The notes under the pieces are model-generated. The model worked only from the letters and a program-made list of their open reading frames with translations, was not told the origin of the DNA and did no database searches. From Bipalium vagum (lineage: Eukaryota), in the NCBI GenBank assembly GCA_037834085.1, contig JBBMKC010239316.1:1-32270 (forward strand): a stretch of 32,270 nt of DNA. The letters are read 5' to 3'. Positions 1-11,768 of this stretch are shown piece after piece. The translations under genes and the position numbers were made by a program. Numbering within the stretch: the stretch's first letter is position 1; each line of letters starts with the position of its first letter.

Positions 1-140
1 TATTTATTTTTTGTATTTTTTCCGATATTTAAAAAATCATTTTTTCGGTTATTATCATGAATCATGATATAAAGCGAACTGATGGTTAATATCATGACTT
101 TTTCTGTAACGGACGCCATGATATTAAGCGGGTTGCACTG
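1..140. mobile_element. Right end of a pogo/Tigger-like (Tc1/mariner superfamily) non-autonomous element
   Basis: Ends ...GATATTAAGCGGGTTGCACTG followed by TA (141-142). The reverse complement TA-CAGTGCAACCCGCTTAATATC matches the Tigger/pogo TIR style. A subterminal motif, CATGATAT(T)AAGCG, occurs twice. The left end is outside the window. Confidence 0.6.
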
Positions 141-528
141 TATATGAAAAACCGTTAAAAACTTGAGACGACCTAATATAAAAATTTATAAAAATCTCTT
201 GGCATTTATTTGAATCATTATACATATTTTTCTATCACAATAAATATTCTTTAAGATTAATAATAATTATTAACTATTAATTAAAAATCTTATTTATGCT
301 TATGGATCATAAAGATATTTTGTTAGGTTATATATATTTAATTTATAAATATATATAATTTTTTTAATTAAATAATTTTTAAAATTAAAATCATCAGTTT
401 ATTCATTTGTCTTTTTCATTTAAATAATGACATATTATATATTATATTCGAAACTGGTAACTTTCTAATACTTACTTTAACGTTTTGTTTAAACTTTCTA
501 ATTGTCAAATTCTCAATATATTTTATAT

Positions 529-3500
529 ATGAATTTGAAATTGTGGCGTTCTATATATTCGTACAATGGTGAATTTCCAGGAAGTCTATCTTTTAAAGAA
601 AATGAATTTTTCCTGGTACTTCGTAAAGAGAATGATTATTGGTTTTTAGTGTCAGACAAAGATGGTACTCTTGGATGTGTACCTATAAATTATTTGAACA
701 TGGTTGATGTAAAAAAAATATTTTTTTTATTTTTTTTAATATAAAATATTAAAGATATCGGATAAAAGAATTCTGAAATTTATTGAAAAGTCAGTACTTT
801 CTCTAAGCCAAAAATCTGCCAGTATAATCTCCAGGAGAGATGAAATAATCAAGTAATGATACCATTACTTTTAAATAATTTTGATATATATTATCAGAGA
901 ATTAATTGAATACAAAAATCAAAATGGAGAACAAAATACCACTCAAAAAAAGGTTGAAAATGGTAATGTTATGCTATTCTGAATTAAATACATAAAATGT
1001 ATTGTTAGAAAATAATGTTTCAGTGAGGCCAAATCCCCCATCTCTGATTCCCGATGGGTTAGCGTTCATGTTGACAGACATTATTCGACAGTCTACGAAG
1101 GCCAGTCATAGATGTTCTGTACGAACTCTCCAGGTCTTATTGGATGCTTTAAAGGTTAATATTCCAGATTTGAAAATGTGGACTGGAGCCATAATAAACC
1201 AGATGGATGTATATTTGTCGTCCTATCCTCAACTCAAATAAAAATTTTACAAATTTAGAACACTTCTGAGTTTCACTTGGAAGGTGCATTTCATAATAGC
1301 GGTGATTGGACTGATCTAACCGAGCTGTTCGATTTTTTTAAACAGCGGAAGAACGACAGTCAAGAACGAAGTTGGTCCTTGCACGAAGATGTAAATGATT
1401 TGAAAGAAAAGTTTATCAGTTTGTTAAAAATCCTGGTGAGTATTCGTCTAGGTCCATAGATTAATTAATCTTAAAACCGTTCCATCATATTATTATTGTG
1501 ATATTTTGTTTCTCTAGAATATAGACTCGAGATAGTCAAGTCTTTAAATTCACGACATTTAAGTCAATAAAAATCTGGAATCATTAATCTGAGAATTATG
1601 GAATTATTAACATTTAACCACAATACTAGAAATGAATTTAGAAGTTTAAATGTTTTCTTTATTGTCAAAGTTATCTATATGTCTCCATTTTAAAGTTTTC
1701 TATGAAAAATAAATTATTCGATTTTATTGTTTTCCACCTTTTAGATTTTTTCATTAGATTTTCCAGACCATCTTTTACTTTATTAATGTCTCCATTTATT
1801 GTATACTGTCTCAAAAACAAAATCTGTTTTAAGCACATCTGTTACTTGTGAATATTTCTTTCTCTGGCTCATACTTTATTTCTTCCGTTGTTTCCATTGA
1901 TTCAGTCACGCCACATGTGTTGCTCATTTCACGTTGTCATGCACGCAGACATACACGAACTTTAAGTGTTCCTCTACCGTTGTTACAATATGTCAGACAT
2001 TTCAGTTGTTTAGAGTTAATCATGATGACATTAATCATTGTCCAAAGCCCGCTTGTGCACATTGCAACAAATCAAATACAATAACGCTCGAATCGTGATT
2101 CAAATGAAATTAGGCAGGGAATTTCTTTGCCTTACAGACCAATTTCTGTCTCTTACTCTGTCTTCGGCATCTAACTACAGCCAATCAATTTTGAAAGTCA
2201 AAAATGACAATTTGTTCTCCTTACTGAAAAATTTATCAGTTCCAAATTAATTCCCCCTTTGTTATTATCCGGGTGCAATCGTTTTTTCAATTTTCAATAT
2301 TATTAAATCCGATCATTATGTCCAATCAATTGATTAATTCAATTAATCTAAAATGAAGCCTTGATAGTTTTTTGTTTCTATTTGTGAGCCGGTTTTACGC
2401 ACAATAAAATTACATTTTCATTAATGAATGTGACCAGTGACAACAATTGGCTTTAAAATTAGACCAAACTGATTTTTATTATCACTTGATTTGGTAATGT
2501 ATCTTGATTTTTTATTGATTTTAGTTTGGCTTCAATTGTGACGCATTTCAATAAAATTTCATAAGTTTATTGACTATTTAAAATAACAGTTGTATAGAAT
2601 TCTGGGTGGAGTTTTTGAAAAGTGTTAAAATATTCCCTTTTAATAATTTATTTATTGATTTTCAAATATTTGATAACAATTCGTTTTAAATTACTTTAGA
2701 AAAAATCTTTTACGACGATGGTGAAGAAAATGAGATATCTCTCTTCATTCTTTACGTTTTTCTGCAGCTAAATTTTTCCTTTTCTATGAAAGTCCCTTGT
2801 TTAAATTGTGTGCATTTGATTATTTCATCCAATAAAATTAACCGTTACAGTTGATCATTGAAAAATTTAATAAAAATTAATAATGATAATATTGATAATA
2901 ATTTGAAACGGATATTGATCATTCTGAGAAACTTGGAATATCTATTATCAATCGACTGATCTTTAGATCGATAATAGCTTTCAAAGTCTATTTATCTACA
3001 TTTGAAATGACGCTCTGAAAAAAAAGAATAAAAGTCGTTTAAAAAGTATGTCTCAGTGTTCAGCTTAGAAGATTTGATTTCTCCGGGGAAAAAGTGCATT
3101 CTATATTAAATAAATTATTTCAAAGTATGATGAATTTATTATAAGTAATATTCATAATTAGTTGAAACTGATATTGATCATGCTGAGAAACTTGTTTGAA
3201 TATCTATTATCAATCGACTGATCTTTCGATCGATAATGGGTTTCAAAGTCTATTATCTAAATTTGAAACTTTGTTAAAATGCCGCTCTAATAAAAAAAGC
3301 GAAAGTCATTTAAAAGGTATATCTTAATGTTCAGCTTAGAAGAATTGATTTCTCTGGGGAACAAAGAACATTTTATATTGAATCAATTATTTCAAAGTCT
3401 GGTAAATTGAGCGACCGTTTTTAATTTCCTGGGATTTTTGGAAAGGGAAAATGAGTCACGAAATAGTCATGGAGAAGGGAAACATTTATTTTAATAGAGA

Positions 3501-6297
3501 AGATCCTTTTAGATTTTTTTTGTTATTAATCGATCGATTATTTTAACTAAAATGAGATTCTTTCCTAATACGTTTTCCTAATCAGTCTAAAAATAAAAAT
3601 TAAAAATTGAAATAGAAGTCATCATCATCTTGTTTATTGATAAAATAAATAAATGTGTATGAGTGTCTTGTGTTAATGGAGAATATCTATGAAGCGTCAA
3701 CAATGAATTAAATGTGCTCATTTAAAATATCTCACATTTCTATGAAAGATTTGAGACATTAGCTATTCCTTTTCTTGAAAAATTGTTCACCATTAATGTC
3801 TTTTTTCTTGGAAAACATTGATTGATTATCATTTCAATAAAAAGTACTATTCGATATTTTGAAGTCATCCTGGTTTCAGTGATGTTGACACTCGTGTATT
3901 TTTAGCCTGTGTTTCTTTATTATTCCAGAACCCGGTAACTTATTTATATCAAGATTCGATAATCAACGTCAATTGCCTAATAATTTTGATAAACATTGAT
4001 TATCATCTTGGTTTTTTCGATATTTGGCATTTCTGATTCATTCAATTTTATGGAAATGTGTACGTGAAACTGTTTTTGTAGTATTAGGAAAATTTTGACA
4101 TTAAAAAATATGTTTAATTGCTTCAAACTTCTTACTTTAATTTTTGTTCGAGTTCGAAACCGAAACGGATCTTAATTTCCATGACTACCTTGTATTTAAT
4201 CTTTGTTAGGCTGATATCTGTTTTTTTTTCAATCCTTTTCTATTGATATAAATGAAAAATTTCTTAGTTAAAATTCTTTTTTAATAGTTGAAAAATATAT
4301 AATTCAGTTTTAGAGTTTCTGCAGCATATTTCTAGGCGTTTTTCTTTTTTATCCTTTTTAATAAATCATTTATAAATTTGAGAAAATTAAATCAAAATCA
4401 TCCTTTTCACTCCTGTTTCTTATTCGAAACGGTACAAAACAACTTTATTTGCACATATAATGGTACATGAACACCTATTTGTGTTTAAAAAATTTTTCGG
4501 ATATAGAGTTGCATATTTCTTAACGTATTACTTTTGTATTTTCATTTTTTGATCCAGGTTTAAATAATTCAAAAGTACCATAAATTTCTTTTTTAATTTT
4601 TACACGGAGGATTCCTTTATTATTTCCAAATCTTTATCCAAGTCCAACCAACATTTTATGTTGTTTATCATTCCGCTCGGTACAATAATTTTTTTCTGAT
4701 TATGTATGGGACTTAAATTATCATCAATTCTTTATGACACGAAAATTTTGATTTGATTTTGAAATTGGTCAGTACAGTAATAAAATCATCTGTAATAAAA
4801 TGTAATAGAATAGCGAAACTATCAAATTGTGAAATAAAAGTATAATTTTGATCGTGTAAGGTAGCGGTGATTATGGATAAATCTTTGGATATTTATATCA
4901 TAAGGGGAATGAGAGAAATTTTATTGGTTGAAGTTTCTTTTTAGTTTATTTAATAAAAGGAAAATCTTTCTGAAATAAAATTTGTTAACGAATGGAACTA
5001 ATTGACGATTATTATCGTAGTTGGGTTTTTCTGAGTTATTCCATGTATTTTATAGAAAGCTTGCAATCACAATTTGGCTATCAGCTTTTTGGAAACATAT
5101 AATTACGACCCGTTTCTGTCTCTGATCGAACTTTATCAAATGGAACAGAGGATTATATTACGTCAGCTATTGTTACAAATATTTATTGTATGTTGTGAAA
5201 TCAGCCAAAAGTCAATTAACATTTGCTTGCAGTCTATTTTACCCTTGGAGTTAGTTCGAGATTTGATGGATAACAACATAAGTAAATATTTCCCAGTTAC
5301 CGGCGTGGTTTCTACTATTTAAAACTTTTTTTGCAGATTATAAGAATTTCACTTTTGCCACTCTATTGCTGACTGTTTTGATCAACGGTTGTGATTCTAT
5401 GGATATTGACCTTCAAGGTAATGAACGCCTTTTGGAATCAACTACTGTGTTTTTGTTTCAGATAAGTTGAATGTCAGCTTTGCGTCCCTTATGTTGCAAA
5501 AATTGAGTGAATTTCATAATACAATACTAAACTCTTCAGTGTCTGGAGACAAAGGTGATCAGTATGATTTACCGAATCGATTCGATGACGAATCTCGAGA
5601 ATCATTTCATTTTAAAAACCCTATTTATTTGGACGATGTCATTATCGGATTTCTGCTGACCTTAAATAAGAGATATAAGGACGTGAAAATCAATCCGGTT
5701 ATAGTAAGCTTGCAGATGAAGCCGGAATACACGAGACTGTTTATTGAAAAGCTAATTCGAGCATTTAATCGTGACTGTTTGTCAATTAGATTTTTTTCTC
5801 TTTTTCACTTATTATAAATCATAATATTGATTTTCTCTCTTATCTATCCACAGATGATCCGGCTTTGATGACATCATTCATTGAGGACTTTGATTTGATG
5901 GACGAAAGGAAGAAAACGGAATCGAGTTCCGTGCGAAAGATTCTCTGCGACATTTATTCGAGTAAAAATCTGGCCGAGCTCGTTTACCGAAACGATGAGG
6001 ATGTATTGATCGATATCATTTCCCGGGAATTGAGTAACATGTCAACCAATTCAGCAGTGAGCCAGAGATCTTTAAGTTGTATTTTCCTTTGACATTTCTT
6101 TTCCGTTTTAGGCGTTATCTGAATATTTGATGTTGTTGGACTTGATTGTATTGAACTCTGATTATCTGGAACGAGGCAAATATAAATGTTACGATATTAA
6201 AAGTGCATTGAATGTGCTCAAGACCGACGATATCAATGACCTAGACAAGTTGTTGGCGGACTCTATTCTCAAAAAATTGGATCAGACTATAATATAA
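529..6297 (+). CDS. NCKIPSD: NCK-interacting protein with SH3 domain (SPIN90/WISH/DIP) homolog, 576 aa, 10 exons
   Basis: Exons 529-708, 755-852, 898-962, 1009-1208, 1259-1435, 5056-5281, 5337-5417, 5462-5776, 5854-6056 and 6112-6297 join through GT-AG introns into one open frame of 1731 nt ending TAA. The N-terminus is an SH3 domain (RSIYSY..GSLSF...NDYWFLV...GCVPINYL). SPIN90-type motifs follow: RKNDSQERSWSLHED, LYQMEQR..LRQLLLQIF, QSILPLELVRDL, FNRDYDP and LVYRNDEDVLIDIISREL (SPIN90/Ldb17, DUF2013 region). Confidence 0.92.
2903..3408. repeat. Diverged tandem duplication (~260-bp period, 2 copies) in NCKIPSD intron 5
   Basis: Copies at ~2903-3136 and ~3162-3408 share GATATTGATCAT.CTGAGAAACTTG, GAATATCTATTATCAATCGACTGATCTTT.GATCGATAAT and TGTTCAGCTTAGAAGA.TTGATTTCTC.GGGGAA. 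Confidence 0.9.
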
Positions 6298-6452
6298 TAG
6301 AAAGTCTGATGTTTTTGCCACCTCTCTTTTCATCTCTCTCTCTTTGTTTTAATCAATATTAAGAAAATTTCGATGACAACTCTCTCTAAATGATTCTGGT
6401 GGAGATATTTCAACCAGCTTATTTTGTTTGTGAATTCTGGTATTAGTTGTAT

Positions 6453-6458
6453 AATAAA
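6453..6458 (+). promoter_or_regulatory. Probable polyadenylation signal of NCKIPSD
   Basis: First AATAAA after the stop codon (~155 nt downstream), followed by T/GT-rich sequence. Confidence 0.45.
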
Positions 6459-7947
6459 TTAAACGATATTTTTTAGGCGTTGTAACTGCGTCTCTCTCTC
6501 CTTTTGATTAATTTTATTTTATTTTAAATGGGAAAAATAGTGTCAAAATGATTTGGGCATTTAACAATTATGAAAGAAATTTGTAAAAGATTCCTTTTTA
6601 TAAATTTTATTTCCGGTGGAGGAAAGATCATTTTTCCGTTACCCTTTGTTATTTTAACTTCACAGGATTTTATCTTTCCTGTTCTGCTACAGGGTGTCGA
6701 CACATGTGAGAAATATCTGATAATGTTGAGATCTGAAATACCAAACCCTCGAATTGACAATGGCTCTGATTATTTGTGATTTGACTTTCATTATTTTATT
6801 TTTAGTTCGTTTTTTAGTAATTCTATCTTTTTAAAACTACTAAAAATTACGTTTTTAAAAATAGTTTTGTGTGAACATTATTTTATTTCAGTATATTGTT
6901 TGCGTTGGGTTTTTCAATACTGATTAGCCGGAATTTTGTTGCCAAAGAAAGCGTTATTCCTTTTCATATAAATTTCACGAAGTGTATATATTAATTTTTA
7001 AGAAAACCTGAAATATTTTTAATTTCGATTTTAAAGGAATTTTGTCTCAAAAACTAATGGAATGTATTTCAGAAAACATCTGCTATGTAGAGTTGATCTT
7101 GAAAATTACGGTCAGATAAATTATCAATCTTGATTTTATGAAAGATAGTTTGTAAGAATTAATTTAATTCTGGAAAGCGAGAAATTGTTACCATTGAATA
7201 TCCCGTTTTTCTAGACATTATTATTGTCGACCACATTCAATTTTAATTCAGGAAAATTTGGAAAATGATCTTTTGTTTGTTGATTGTGTTAAAAACGTTT
7301 TAATAATTTATTAAAGTTGTTTTTCAAATGTAAGGTTTTCAGCATTTTCCAAGTTTAAAATCAAAATGATCACTTAAACAGATTTTAATGTTAGGATAGC
7401 GGGATTCCAACTATTTTATCATCTCTCGCCACATGTATCATATGATTCGTGCTTAACATTTGTAAAATATTTCATTCGCTAATCAGTCTAATCTTTTTTC
7501 TTATCTCCTGTTCATCAAATATTTTTTCATAATCGTCGTTAAAGTTGAACTACTAATTCTAATGATAATCATGTATGTTTTGAAATATTTTTTGTAAAAA
7601 ATTGACCAATTCTATTACCATGGTATAATAAAAATCCACTAATACCAATGTGTGAAGATCATTATTTCCTAAAAAGCAGATCAATTTTAAATTTTCTTTC
7701 AAAAATGAAATTTTTTGCTAGATCAGGTATTGGTTTGAAAAACAATTTGAACGTAGTAGCACTTTAAAAAAATAAAATTTCAAAATACTTTCCCAAATGC
7801 ATTTTTTCTTTTTTACAGCAATTACTTAAAATTAAAAGATAAACAGTGATTTCAACTACATAGTGCTCCCATTAAGTACTTAGACTGAACAAAAAATAAA
7901 CAACCGATTTTATTTAAACTTTCAATAATGTTACTATTATCCTTAGA

Positions 7948-8811
7948 TGTAGCAACGTGTGCTCGTCTGCTCGTGACTCCTCACTTTTTATAACTCGTGT
8001 TCGTAATTCCTCTCAACCTTTTCGAATTTAAAACACCCTCCACAATACTGTATCCGCACCCTTAAGAACTAATTCAAAATACTTAAAATAAAACTTTATT
8101 CGCAACAATTACAACTTCTAAATCAAAACCAAAACGTTATCAAGAAATAAAATAAAATCAAGTTTAACGTTAATACTGAAGAAAAAATCAAAGCAATAGT
8201 TAATAATAATAACATAAAGGAAAATAAAATAAAAGTATCGATCTCATCAAGAGCGACAATGAGTCCCTGGGTCACCCTCTAGGCCCTTCTCAGGTCGCCT
8301 CAAGGTTCCCAAGCTCGCTGGGTCCCCTTGTAAAAATCCGGCTGCATCATCGAGGAAAAATAAAATAATTACTGGGTTCGTCTTCGGTCTCGTCTTCTGC
8401 GGGCGCGGAAATATTCTTGTACCGTTTCTGGTCCAAAACTTCTGCGAATTGTCTTCGGTCTAGTCTTCCTGGGATGTATTTGCTCTGGGTTCTCTTTCAC
8501 GTTTTCTTGTTTTTGCCCATTAACGATCACCAATCCCTACGCTTATAGACGGTTTTTTCCCTAATAGCCACTCACTATCTCTACATCCAGATAGTCTCTT
8601 GTCAAGGATAATGGATTCCTGTCAGGAAATCCATTAGCCCAATCTCCCGAAAAATCCCCACGGCGGGATTTTGCCATTAAAAATTTAAAAAAATTTTCTT
8701 TTTAATTTTATTATCATTATTATTAATTAAAATTAAAATTATTATTATTATTCTTCAAAAATTATTATTAGTAGTATTATTATTATTATTCTTCAAAACC
8801 CAACAATAACA
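7948..8811 (-). mobile_element. Solo-LTR-like element A (~860 bp) inserted in the mariner 3' region
   Basis: The minus strand starts TGT(TATTG)TTGGGTT and ends GCTACA. It has a TATAA at ~8543-8547, an AATAAA at ~8095-8100, a GC-richer palindromic core, and the repeat GAAGAC.AGACCGAAGAC twice. The flanks rejoin to coherent mariner 3' sequence. The TSD is ambiguous: either ATGTAG at 7947-7952 and 8815-8820, or a degraded 4-mer. Confidence 0.6.
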
Positions 8812-10829
8812 AATATGTAGAAAGTCTATTTATTTTTCAATATTACTTCCACCAAATTCCACACATTTTTGCCAACGAGACAACAAATCCAAAATACATT
8901 TTCCTTAAAAGGTTTTGAAGTACGACTTCAACAAATCCTTGACATAGTGTTGCAAATCAAAGACACAAATAATTTTCTTCTCAAATTCTTTTTCAGTTGT
9001 CGAAAGAACTGAAAGTCCCTGGGACCAAATCAATTGTTGCTTTTGTCAAATTGAGTGTGCGGACTGGGGCATTATCGTGCAAGAGCCAAGTTCAGTCTTT
9101 TCTCTTTCTTCTTACTTTCTTTATAAGTTCTACATAATACTCTGAATTGATTTGGACATTAGATGTGTTAAGTTCCTAAGTTTGGTTAAAGATGTTAAAA
9201 TTAAAAGATGTTAATGTCGGAGCTTGATTAACTCTTAGGACTTAACCGTTGAAGGTTGCTTTAGGTTGTGTTCGATTTTAATTAAATTAACTGAGAGAAA
9301 AATATTCGGTTTAATACTTGTATTTAAATGCAATAGAGTAAATCGATTAATGACAATGAGCGATATCGAATTTGATTGATTTAGAAAATACAGTGATTAA
9401 TTATAATTATTATTTAATAAAAATCCTCTCGCTCTTAGGCCCAGAGGTCCTCAGTAAAGAATAATAGTATATTTCACCACCCTACTTAGCGTAAGAAATA
9501 CGAACAGTAAAAAAAAGATATAATAGGAACAGAAACAAAAAATTAAATGATCCTCAAGTCCTGGTCTGAGTATTTACTTATTATTTAACTTATACAAACT
9601 ATGTCTCGTCTGACAAGACACGCTTGCTTAATAATGCAAAAAATATAAAATATTATTACAAGTTAACATAAATCGAACTAGTCTTATATTCTTTGAATAT
9701 AAGCTAGGAGTATATTATATTAGTTATATGAATATAGAAATATACGATAATTACTTAAAATCAAAACTAGTCTTAGAGACTCGTGGTTATAAGCTAGATT
9801 AAATTATTATTATATTAATATAAAGATAATGATAAAATCCAATATTTATGAAAACTATGTATTAAAGTAATATATGAACCTTTGTTACAATTTGAACACA
9901 AAATTAAAGAAAACTTTAACACAAATGAATTAAATAAATTTATTTGAAAACTTTGTTGTAAATTCTTAAAACACGTATAAAAACCAAAAAAATTTACTTT
10001 ATCAACAAAGCATAAATGTTCTATAAATGGACTACTGATTCAATTCTCGGATATTGGCATATGATTTTAGGATACTCTTTTTCCTTCTTGTTTTGACTGT
10101 TTCTGTTGGATATGAATATATTGGCAACTCGTCTGAATAGCGATTGATTAACGTTTTTGATGATAGAATTTTGTTCGTCGATATTCTGGTAAATTCTTGA
10201 TTCTTTTATAGTTTTTATTCTGCTGAATTCACGTTGCGGGTACTCAGGTTTCAATTCAAGTATTTCTGTCTAATTGATGTCAACTGGCAGTATCTGCTTA
10301 CAGGTTAAATTGGAAACCCTAGTGGGGTTCTGTCTTCAATGAAATTCTAATTTTCGTTTAATTGCCTTGTTTTGCTCTGAATTGAGTAGTTCACGTTGAT
10401 CCTTCGCTGTATCCGTATTACTATAATTGAATTCGCAATTATTATGTTCGAAGTATATTTCGTTCGTTATTATTATTATCGCTGTTGTCGTTGCTTTTTT
10501 CTTTTGTTTATTTCTGTTAATGTATTTTGTGCGTTTTTGCTTATAATTTCTTTGCCTTATATATATTTCTTAAACTCCTTCTTTTATAAAATTAGTAAAA
10601 ATTCTTTCTTTATATTATTTTTTTCGTTTTTGTTTCCAATTTTATATTATTATTTTATTTCTTTCTATTTTTACTATTCTTCCATTTTTTGCCTTAAAAA
10701 TTTATTTTAATTTTTTATTAATAGTAACTTAATGTTACCACAATATAATTTTCAAATAAAATATAATTTTCGAATAAATAAATAAAATATAATTATTACT
10801 AATACATATTAATACTATTTATCCTATTT

Positions 10830-10831
<2 letters not shown>

Positions 10832-10876
<45 letters not shown>
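10832..10876. repeat. (TAT)n microsatellite, ~15 units, inside element B
   Basis: Read directly from the sequence. Confidence 0.95.
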
Positions 10877-10877
<1 letters not shown>

Positions 10878-10967
10878 ATATATTTATTCATTTATTTTTA
10901 TTAATTACTTATATTTATTATTATTTAATTATCACTTTATTTTTTAATGTTTTATCAATCAAATTCG

Positions 10968-11065
10968 ATTTTACATTTAACAGATATATTATTTTTACAT
11001 AACACATAACAATAAGATTTTACATTTAACAGATATATTATTTTTACATAACACATAACAATAAG
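10968..11065. repeat. Perfect 49-bp tandem duplication inside element B
   Basis: ATTTTACATTTAACAGATATATTATTTTTACATAACACATAACAATAAG at 10968-11016 and 11017-11065. It is followed by a second, imperfect repeat, TAAGAAACAAAAG.ACAAAT.GATCACTAATAT, at ~11062 and ~11127. Confidence 0.95.
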
Positions 11066-11768
11066 AAACAAAAGTACAAATGGATCACTAATATGAGCTT
11101 AATAAATCAATTATTGATTGTAACACTAAGAAACAAAAGCACAAATCGATCACTAATATCAATTATTGACTGTCCGATGGGTTTGGTTGATTTGGAATTG
11201 TTCGTATCTTGAACGCTACTCCTTGTGGCTCTGAAGTTGGTCATAGTCTCCACAGATGTAATAAAATCGACTTTGAGAATGCCTTTAATATTCCAAAAGA
11301 TTGTCAACATCAGATATTTTTGAGATGTACCAATTTATATTTTTAGTGTTTGTTTCTCCCCTGTCGTCTTCCATTTGGCAGATTAGCGTATATACAAGCT
11401 CAAATGTGTTTAATTTTCCGTGATTATGTTATTGAGAAAAGCATCTCATAGTTTTTTGTAGATCTCCAATTTTTCCGCAAAATCTCCATCAGTGTCATAA
11501 ACATAAAGGCTATCACATTTATGCTTGTTTATTACAAGACCCTATTGAACTTGCGAATGAGTTTATATATCCGTATAATTCGCTGTGAGGTCTGAGTTGA
11601 ACTCGGTCTCTGATAATTTCTGGCTTAAGTAACGTTAATTAATAATTCCTATTTTCGTAAATCGAACTATCAGAGACCAATGGCTCATAGGAATGAATTC
11701 CTGAGATGAGCGAGAGTTGGACGAAATTCAGTAAGATTTAACAAAATTCAAATATGTTGTTGATTAAT

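Larger units (their letters stand above)
9166..11254 (-). mobile_element. Large solo-LTR-like element B (2089 bp), Gypsy-like termini
   Basis: Termini are TGT...ACA, flanked by a perfect 4-bp duplication GATG (9162-9165 and 11255-11258). Excision restores the mariner frame DFITSNVQINSEYY. TATATAA lies on the minus strand at ~10557-10563, which is the basis for the inferred orientation. No gag/pol motifs were recognised. Confidence 0.85.
7859..11590 (-). mobile_element. Decayed mariner (DD34D-type) transposon interrupted by two LTR-like insertions
   Basis: Minus-strand translation at 11255-11590 gives FLNNIIT...KWKTTGEK...LMLTIFWNIKGILKVDFITS. It continues at 8826-9165 as NVQINSEYYVELIKKVRRKR..WLLHDNAP...DLVP/DFQFFRQLKKNLR...LLSRWQKCVEFGGSNIEK*. 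These are canonical mariner motifs with stops, frameshifts and deletions. A putative 3' TIR, TA-CATAGTGCTCCCATTAAGTAC, starts at 7857. No matching 5' TIR was found. Confidence 0.9.

Noticed and set aside
1848-2250. Two overlapping ORFs (78 and 70 aa) in NCKIPSD intron 5 as extra exons or a nested gene
   Set aside because: Non-ATG starts and no recognisable motifs. Exons 5 and 6 already join in frame with continuous SPIN90 similarity.
6295-6300. Tandem stops TAA TAG as a sign of readthrough or a variant genetic code
   Set aside because: Expected by chance in AT-rich DNA. All three genes translate cleanly with the standard code.
6524-6779. Antiparallel 78- and 69-aa ORFs downstream of NCKIPSD
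   Set aside because: Short, with no domain similarity or splice partners; likely chance.
10396-10710. 104-aa hydrophobic F/I/Y-rich ORF as a membrane protein
   Set aside because: An artefact of the T-rich strand of element B; TTG start and low complexity.
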